A model generated the notes under the pieces. That model did no database searches. It was not told the origin of the DNA and saw only the letters and a list, made by a program, of their open reading frames with translations. Shown here in pieces: positions 55,181 through 64,000 of a stretch of DNA of 64,000 nt. Where the stretch lies: NCBI RefSeq assembly GCF_009914755.1, contig NC_060927.1. One strand, given 5' to 3'. Both the position numbers and the translations under genes were made by a program. Source of the stretch: the human T2T-CHM13v2.0 reference genome, Homo sapiens. Position 1 is the first letter of the stretch. Each line of letters begins with the position of its first letter.

Positions 55181-55475
55181 CAATAGACCCAGCCTCCAAG
55201 GAGGGTGGGGCAGACAGGAAAAAGGAGTGAGGGTTGAACTGTCACAGGAGAGGGACAGAGTTTACACCAGGTTTAGGCAAATCGGGAGGAATGCAGAGGG
55301 GGCGGGGACTGGGGAGAAGCAGGCAGCTGATTATGCAGCTTGGAGGAAGCCCCCTGTAGTGCGGTGGGGGTGCAGGGCGATTTCTCCCTTTCCTAGAGCC
55401 AGATAAACACGTGAGATATATGCTAACTCTCCCCTCGACACCCCAACACGCATATACATACTGCCAAAATAAATA

Positions 55476-55822
55476 CAGATGGTCTCTGACTTAGGATAGT
55501 TCAACTTACAATTTTTCAACTTTATGATGGTGTGAAACCATCATAATTTTGACATACTTTGAATTTGAATTTTGATCTTTTCCCGGGCTAGCCGTATGCA
55601 GTATATGAGCTATTCAACACTATTAAAAAAATAGGCTGTGTGTTAGATGATTTTATCCAATCGTAGGCTGATGTAAGTGTTCCGAGCATGTTTAAGGCAG
55701 GCTAAGCTAAGCTCTGATGTTCAGTAGGTTAGGTGGATTAAATGCATTTTCAGCTTAACAATATTTTCGATTTACTGTGGGTTTATCAGGACGTAGCCCC
55801 ATTGCAACTCAAGGAACATCTG
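55476..55822 (-). mobile_element. MER47 (Tigger5-derived MITE)
   Basis: Terminal inverted repeats cagatggtctctgactt / ctcaaggaacatctg, TA target on the left, and body 'ggctaagctaagct...aggttaggtg.attaaatgcatttt'. Confidence 0.88.
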
Positions 55823-55839
55823 TGCTACAAAACTGGAAC

Positions 55840-55981
55840 CGTACCTGTAGTCCCAGCTACTCAGGAAGCTGAGGCAGGAGGACTGGAGCCCAAGAGCTCC
55901 AGTGGCAAGCAATGATTGCACCACTGCACTCCAGCCTGGGTGACAGAGCAAGTCTCCATCTCTAAAAAACAAACAAAAAAA
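55840..55981 (+). mobile_element. 5'-truncated Alu (right arm only)
   Basis: TSD aaaactggaac on both sides. Confidence 0.88.
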
Positions 55982-55989
55982 CTGGAACA

Positions 55990-56526
55990 ACTACTGTCCT
56001 ACTTTGCTAGTGAGAGTATAAATTGGCGTAGATTTTTTCAAAGTAATTTGGCGATATGTAGCAATACCCTTAAAATAGTTATTTTAACTCCTACAATTTC
56101 ACTGCGAGGAATCTGTCTCAGAGAACTAATCTGACACATGAGCACTCTCTGCACAAAGATGCCCAAGACAGAATCACTCATAATAAACAAAGCTAGAAAC
56201 AACCCACATGTTCCGGGATAAGGAAGAGTGGAAAAAATTATGGCACATCCATATGATGGAACATTGTGCAGTCGCTAAAATGATGATTAGAAAGAGTTTC
56301 CAATCACATGAATAAATGCAGATGGTTAAAATGTAGAGGGGAAAAGACAGGTTACAGAGTGGAGGTCACAGGTTGCATGTTCTCAACCACAAATGGGAAA
56401 ATGTGCTTGAAAGAAAGACTAGAAGGAAATAAACAAAATTGTTCACAGAAACTGACTTGCTGCTCAGGGGGATCCATTTATTTACTTCTGCTTTTTTGTA
56501 TTTCCTGGTGATTTCCAAGTTTTGTG
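55990..56526 (+). mobile_element. L1ME 3' end (target of the MER41 insertion)
   Basis: 'aaattatggcacatccatatgatggaac...gaaagaaagactagaaggaaata...tttgtatttcc'. Confidence 0.7.
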
Positions 56527-56530
56527 CAAG

Positions 56531-59500
56531 TGTTACCAGAAAGGGGTCCAAATCCAGACACCAAGAGAAGGTTCTTGGATCCCACACAAGAAAGAATTCA
56601 GAACAGAGTTCACAGAGTAAAGTGAAAGCAAGTTTACTAGGAAAGTGAAAGAGTAAAAGAATGGCTACTCCATAGACAGAGCAGTCCTGAGGCTGCTGGT
56701 TGCCTATTTTTTATGGTTATTTCTTGATTATATGCTAAACAAGGAGCGGATTACTTATGCTGCCCCTTTTTAGACCATATAGGGTGACTTCTTGATATTG
56801 TCATGGTATCTGTAAACTGTCATGGCACTGGTAGCAGTGTAGCAGTGAGGATGACCAGAGATCACTCTTGTCACCATCTTGGTTTTGGTGGATTTGGGCT
56901 GGTTTCTTTATTGCAGTCTGTTTTATTAGCAAGGTCTTTATGACCTGTATCTTGTGCTGACTTCCTATCTCATCCTGTGACTTAGAATGACTAACCATCT
57001 GGGGACACAACCCAGTAGATCTCAGCCTCATTTCACCCAGCCCCTATTCAAGATGGAGTTGCTCTGGTTCAAAGTCTTCTGACATTTTCCCTATCCCTGT
57101 TATAAGAAAATCCTTAATTCTAAGGGTTGCAGAAGGATGAAGACCCATCTTCCATAACTTCTTCAGGCTGAATAGGGGCAATGATATTCCTGCCCAACTA
57201 TTGGGTCTTAATGGTAGAGAGTAGCTCAGTCAGAAAGCATTGGTATGCTGAGGGCCATTCGTAACTCTTGAGTTCCAACAAAAGGTGATATCTTGAAGAT
57301 TAGTAAGTGTTTAATTTAAGAAAACCGTGTGTAAGCTTGTCTTGCATTCCTATACAAGGAGTACAACAGCAATATATTCCAAAACAGTAAAGCAAAATAA
57401 GTAAAAATTATTCCAAGTACACTAAATAAGAAGGCTTTCCATAAACTGGGCAACTGTTGGAACTAAGCTGATATGGGGTTTCTAGCTGATTCCAATGTGT
57501 CCAGAATTAGAATACTGATCCAACTTTTTACATTACTCATCCTTTTTGGTTTTTGTTTTTTTGTTTTTTGTTTTTTTTTTTTTTTGAGCAGCAGCCAAAG
57601 ATCACTGGTTAGTTCACAGGAATAAGTAGGGTCAGCCTAAGTTGCAGGAAAAAACTCAAAAATAACCCATGAGACTAGAATCTAATAACAAGTGTACCAT
57701 AGTTCTTGAAAGGTAATTTCTCTCTCCAGTTTCCTATTTTTACTAAAGACAAATCACAGTTAAAACTGATTTGCTTTAGTATACTTGGCCTAATTATTTG
57801 TATAAAATACAGCAAGAATAATTATTTTTCACATAGACTTTTTAATTGGCTTTGATGGAACTCTGTTCCATAAGGAATCTCAGATAAGACTTTTTTAAAG
57901 CTCAGCCCAGCCATGAGTTTGTACCATGAAATACCTAAGAGTTGAGTAAATTCCTCTCCTCCTGAGGCTCCAAGATAACTTGGGGCTCCTCTTGAGGTTC
58001 CAAGATTACCTGGGGCTCCTGGGCCTGTTAGAAAGTGACATTCTTCACTTACCACAAGTCAAGAACCCTGTACAGGGACTGTGTACACAAGGTACAAGAC
58101 CATTTTTCCCAAGGGCCTTTTATTGGCTCTCTAAGTCAAGTTTAATTCCTTAAAGGAAAACACACCATTCCAGTCAAAGCCTTGGTAAAATAGCCAGTTT
58201 CTCTATATTGCCACAAGTTAAGCTATTCACAGATAATTTCTGAATTTTGGAGAAATCAGGTAGAGAGAAACAAATATGCTCAAATTTTTTTCACAAGAAT
58301 ATACTTTACTCAATTGTTTAAAGCTGTAAATAGCTCAAAAGAAAAGTTTTCTTGGCTCTGAAAAACAAACGAAGGATTAGCAACGTTTTAAGCAAAAAGT
58401 CAAAAAGATTACTTTAATCTTCTAGTTAAAGTTCAGTCCATGCAGTTAACTCCTGTTTTGTTGGATATTCATGAACATTTCAGCTCTCCATGAACGTCCT
58501 GAAAGTTTTTTCCTCTATTCTAATATCACGGTTTCCAAAGTTATCAGAAACCTGCATTTAAGAACACCTATTAGAGTTTATAGCTGATTATAAACCACCT
58601 TCTAAAGAGGATTAAAACAAAGCAACAGTTGTCCATGGATGACAAAACATTTTAGGACAGCCACAGTAAAAAACACGATTGACAAAGAAATTTGGTTACT
58701 TCTGTGGCATACAATGATTTTATGTAACAATTATAATTATTAATAACCTACACTAAGCCGTAAGAGAATTATAGGAGTTTCCCATTATTTTGAAACACAT
58801 ACCAATAACATATTTATACAAATATAGCTCAAAGAAAGCCAAATACTATTTCATATTTGACAGTGCTTTCTGTATGATTTTTATACCAAATAAGCCAAAT
58901 TTCACCTTTATATTAGTGTGCTATTAATGTTAAACCCAATTCTTAATAAAATTTTATAAGTAAATCTATCCAATTTTATGTTTGACCATAAGATTCTCAT
59001 AAACCTTTTCTAACCCTTTGCAATTTTTTGTTAAAGAGCAGATTAGTGCTCTAAGAAAAACCTGTTGTGCTGTTATTCAATGTTCAGTTTACGGGAAAAC
59101 TGAATAATACCCATTTAATTTTAGCCAATGTCCACACACAGAATTTCTTTTACAATTAATTTTTCACAAACCTTTCACAACTTGCTTAAACCTTCGGCTT
59201 TATCTTACCTGACTTAAAACAATCCTTTAACCCTTTAATTTAGGCAAGAAAAATCCACATTCCCATGATTTCTTATAATCTTTTACCAAACACACATTTC
59301 CCTTTTCTTACACACGGTGCATGTAAAACCATTTCTTCAGTAGCCTCAAATACATGTTACACTGTTAACTCTTAGTAACTTTTGCTTTTGGTGAAAACCT
59401 TGGTAAGTATGCAATTTTAATTATGTACTAGGTGTGGAGCCTAGGACACTAGATAAGGTCGGTCTTTTTTCAGCACAGCTAGGGGGCAGGGCTAACACCC

Positions 59501-62278
59501 CACATCCCCAGGCCTTATCTAAATCTAATGCTTCAAAATAAATTGAACAATTTTTAAAAGTCAAAGAAGCAGTTTATGACCTTAAAGCATTTAGCAAACT
59601 TAAGATCTGACCTGCCTAATTTAGACCAAATGTCTTTATTTTACCAATAATCTTTAAAGCTGTTTTTATTTCCCAAAGATTATTAAAGTCATGTGAACTA
59701 AAAGGCATTACAATTTTTTCTTTTAAAATATTTGATTTAAGCTCTTATTATTTTAAAACCAATTAAGTAAAGCTCTTTTAGATATAAACATCACACACAC
59801 AATATATATAAATACCCAGATAGACAGAAGATTATGTAGTTGTAAGGTTTTTTTACTCACCAGTTTCTAAGTTTCTCTTTAAGGTGTGCAGTTTTTAGGG
59901 CCTCATAAGCATGCACAGCTGGAAGGCAAAACAGATCCCCAAAATTTAAGGGTCCCATTTTTATACCAGATCCTGGATCCCAAAAAGAGGGACTTAGCCC
60001 ATCAACCCTTGGGAGTTTTATTTCTCAGTAGCGGGTGGGGACATCTCCACGTTTCCCAGGTGGCCAAGATCATGCTTCTCTGATCCAAATGTGTGAAAAC
60101 CAAGTTTCCCCCATAACTGCTATTACACATCCCTAAAAGTATATTTCCTGCCTACTTACTACACACCAAAGTTCTCTCATAATGCGAAGGAACTTCTGAT
60201 ACCACCAAAAGTAAAAAAACATCAGATAACGCAATACAAAACAAAACAGAACCTTAGGTTTTGAAAGGGATCTATTCACTTTCAATTCCTAAGGTTTCAT
60301 GAGGAAAACAGGTTTTTCCCAAAACGGGGTCTTTAGTGCCTCTTCTGTTTTTCCTAAGGAATCCCTAGGGCTGTTAGAACTTGAATATCTGCTTTTAATT
60401 AAGCTGACTTTTGACTATCGCATTCTTTTGAAAAGTCCTTTTAAATTTCTTATTACCCGACGTTAGCCAGGCCAAATGACCGATATTTCTGGCTTTTAAA
60501 CTTTACCAAAAGTAACCTCACAGGGGCTCTGAGAAAGGAAAATTTAAGACGGTTTGTGGAGGGAAAGAGAATTTTAAAATTGCAAAGGACACCCAAATAT
60601 CAATCAGAAAGGCTCATCCCTTAAGCTAGCGATTGAACCCTGAATCCAGGCCTCCATTGTGAAAAGAGAAAGCATGGCCAAAAGGTTACAAGGTCAAGCT
60701 CCCAAAGACATGCAAGACAAGAGGGAAACCTCATCCAGTTTTTTTTTTTTTTTTTTTTAGGGACCAGCAACAAAGTTTGTAACTGACCAGTTTGCTAGGC
60801 TGTCTTGAACAGTGGACTTATAGGTGTCCTAGGCCCACATTCTATCCTAAGGTATCCCTCTCCATGACAGAACCATACAGAAAGACACACAAAGCACACC
60901 AGATTCACTACAGCTTAAGACTAGCCTCACAAATCCTTTTTTCCATTAATCAAAACTTTACAGAGGAGATAAACGGTGATTTTTACCATTCATTCCACCA
61001 GTTTGCACAGAGAGAGAGAGAGAAGCTTTACCTGACGCAGGGTGGGGAAGGCGAGGCACTCAGGGAGGCCAGGGAAAGAGCCACCCATTGCAGCAACACT
61101 GAAAAGTTCAGGCAGCTGCTTCTCAGTCCTGAAGGGATCTTTTCCAGCAGTCCCATCAGTTCTCAAGTTTCCCCTTTTAGGGAGGAAAAAGTTCCCCATG
61201 TCCCACGATCCTGTACATGCCTAACCCTGTCACCCATTACCATCAGCAAAGAGTCCAAGACAGATTCATCCAAGAGAATAGCAGTTGCCATCCCATAGTG
61301 CCAAACCTGTTCTTAGCCAAGAGGGACTTTACTGAAAAGGGCCTCTAACCCCCTAAGTCTTAGGAAGGACTCTAACCCTCCTAAGTTGGTCCTCAAACCC
61401 AAGGTTGGTCAAGCGTCCTTGCCTTTTATCGGGAAGAGCCTTTAACCCTGTGTCTTAGGCTAGACTCCAACTCCCCTAAGTTGGGCCTCTAACCCAATCC
61501 CACCCTTTACCTGGGTACACCATCACTTACCCAAAGTCAGCCAATCAGTGCTGCAGTCTATTTCCTTCAGATGGTTGCGGGGGTGGGAGGGGGGCGATGT
61601 GGGGGTTGTTCTTCAGTATCGTCCCTTCTGTGGTTCACCAGAAAGATATTACCAGACCCCACCACTCACCCAAAGTTAGCCTTTGGGTCGGGGTTTCGGC
61701 ACTATAGTCTCTTCAGTGGTCGCAAGAAAGATATTACCGGAAAGGGGCCCCGATCCAGACCCCAAGAGGGGGTTCTTGGATTTCGAGCAAGAAAGAATTC
61801 AGGGTGAGTAAAGTGAAAGCAAGTTTACTAGGAAAGTAAAGGAATAAAAGAATAGCTACTCCATAGACAGAGCAACCCTGAGGGAGGCTGGTTGCCCACT
61901 TTTATAATTATTTCTTGATAATATGCTAAACAAGGGGTGAATTATTTATGCCGCCCCTTTTTAGGCCATATAAGGTAACTTCCTGATATTGCCATGGCAT
62001 TTGTAAACTGTCATGGCACTGGTGGGAGTGTAGCAGTGAGGACGGATGACCAGAGGTCACTCTTGTCACCATCGTGGTTTTGATGGATTTTAGCCGACTC
62101 CTTTAATGCAAGCTGTTTTATCAACAAGGTCTTTATGACCTGTATCTTGTGCCGACCTCCTATCTCATCCTGTGACTTAGAATGACTAACCATCTGGGAA
62201 TGCAGCCCAGTAGGTCTCAGCCTCATTTTACCCAGCACCATTCGAGATGGAGTTGCCCTGGTTCGAATGTCTCTGACA
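56531..62278 (-). mobile_element. Full-length non-autonomous ERV1: MER41A 3' LTR (56531-57084), MER41 internal region, MER41A 5' LTR (61732-62278)
   Basis: Two ~550-bp direct LTRs match recalled MER41A consensus; perfect 4-bp TSD caag (56527-56530 / 62279-62282); PBS-like sequence next to the 61732 LTR end; no gag/pol/env ORF. Confidence 0.93.
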
Positions 62279-62559
62279 CAAGGATCAGTCATTTCCTAAC
62301 CAATCAGGAACGATTTTTTAAAAGCTTTTCCTATCTTAACGTGTGCAAGCTTCTCTTTACCTAGCTCCCAAGAGAACCTGGAGGAGAGAGACAAGCAGGC
62401 TTGCTTCCAAGAATAGTTCTGGGTAGTGGTCCCAGGAGGCCACATCCACTCAACTCCACTGAGTGACCAGACAAATGCGCTGGTACAAACAAGAATGGAT
62501 ATAAACTCCTTGTTTGGACCCCAAAATGCAATTGTGTAAATATAGGATGGGGAATACCC

Positions 62560-62740
62560 AGCCTGAAAAAAAAGTTGTAAAAACAGTTCAGCAGCTTTAG
62601 CCAACCACAAGCTGACCTTAAAATCCATACTGGGACAGAGTATCTTAGGTTGCATCACAAGAAGTATAGTGACCAAAATGAAGGAGGTGACAATTACAGG
62701 CAGACCACATCTGGAATTCAGATTAGTTTTGGGTCCCTCA
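62560..62740 (+). mobile_element. L3/CR1 fragment
   Basis: 'cacaagctga...atcttaggttgcatcacaagaagtatagtg...ggaggtga...cagaccacatctgga'. Confidence 0.7.
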
Positions 62741-63429
62741 AGACTCTCTGTTAACCCATCACTTCCCCAACCTGGGGACCAAAGCCAGGTTCGCAGAGGG
62801 TCTCTGAGGTTCCTTTCTTGCCCCTCTCCATCTGGTACCAGGGAAAAGGAAGAAGGTAACAAGAGGCAAAGAGAAGAGCTGGCCAGAAGCCAGGAAACTT
62901 GTTCCCCACCACATCAAGTGTGTAATTGGGCTAATTCTGTAGTATTTGTGCTTCCAGGCCTTTGTTTCCCTTTGTCTGTATAACTCCTGATTGGAACATT
63001 TGCTTTTCCTTTTGTGTGGTCCTAAACCGAATCCTCTCTGCTAATGTTCATGAATGTGTTCTGATGGATGTTTTCCAGAGCCCTTTGTTGCCTCAATTAA
63101 GGGATAATGAACAAGAATTGTTTCTATTTGTAAAACAGCCCAGCCATTTCTGCTTCCCAATTGGTGGGACAATGTGTCTTAATTAAGCACAAAGACTTGT
63201 CACTTCATCTACTGTCAAGATCTCCAAACAGGCAGTGATAGGGTGCAGGGGAAAGAAACAGAAGCCTGGGGGGTCTGGGGGGCCCCTCTGATGCCTGGTT
63301 GGGCCCAGAGGGGCCAGGGAAGCCCAGTGGGCAGCTCCCAGGTGTCAGGAGCTATGCCAGATCATCTGTAGCCTCGGAATGCCTGGGCAAGACACCTGGC
63401 CTTTTTCTACGCTGCTGTGCCAGGCCTTT

Positions 63430-63545
63430 GTCACCAAGAGCATGGTCTCTGGAAGCAGACTGCCTGGGTTTGGTCCCTGCTCCATACTCACTAGCTGTGT
63501 GACCCTCACCCAGAACGTGAGTGAGAATAAGTAAAATGATGACGG
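63430..63545 (+). mobile_element. MIR fragment
   Basis: 'aagagcatggtctctggaagcagactgcctgggtt...ctcactagctgtgtgacc'. Confidence 0.8.
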
Positions 63546-64000
63546 CCCCCACCCCACTGAGTGTGGGCAGCTTGAATCTGACAGCACAGGGGAAGCGCTA
63601 AGAACAACACTAGGCTCAAGGAAAGCCCCTCAGTAAGTGCTGGTGACGATATTCTTTCTAAAAACAGTGCTCCGGATTTCCTCTGGGCTCTCCTCCTCCC
63701 CCAGTGGATATGTGGTTCGGGAGAACAGAATCACAGCTGTGTGCCACCACGGCTCCATGTCCCCGGTAGCACAGAGCGCGGCAGGACATTCCTGGAATGA
63801 GCTGCAGGAATGGTCCCACAGGCAACCTGCAGACAGTTGTGACATCTTGGCAGGAACACCAGCCACTCAGGGGCCTGGGGCCAGGCATTCATCCACTCAC
63901 CTTGGGTGAGTAGGAAGGTGGATGGAATGCCTGGGAGAGTCTGGAATGGAGCCACACTCAAGGAGCTCCAGGCAGTGGCTCTTTACCCTGCTGTGTGCAA

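Noticed and set aside
60792-61298. 168-aa ORF in the provirus as a gag remnant
   Set aside because: It is antisense to the provirus and has no retroviral motifs.

Overview
Primate (very likely human) genomic DNA, judged from AluJ/S/Y, THE1 and MER41 content. The window is non-coding and repeat-dense, with no recognisable conserved protein-coding gene, rRNA, intact tRNA or CRISPR array. It holds about 13 Alus, old L1/HAL1/L2/MIR/L3 remnants, several DNA-transposon MITEs, many MaLR/ERV solo LTRs, two full-length non-autonomous LTR elements with target-site duplications (THE1 at 14450-16737, MER41A at 56531-62278) and two minisatellites. Repeat subfamily names come from recalled consensus sequences, not from a search. 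The observations most worth following up are: (1) a ~135-bp inverted duplication of an Alu 3' end plus unique flank (35808-36436); (2) a canonically spliced two-exon 109-codon ORF on the minus strand (44673-43764), partly MIR-derived; (3) a 26-unit VNTR apparently born inside a MIR and dense in metal-response-element cores; (4) strong CpG and motif asymmetry between the two MER41A LTRs. I found no support for a novel multi-gene system.
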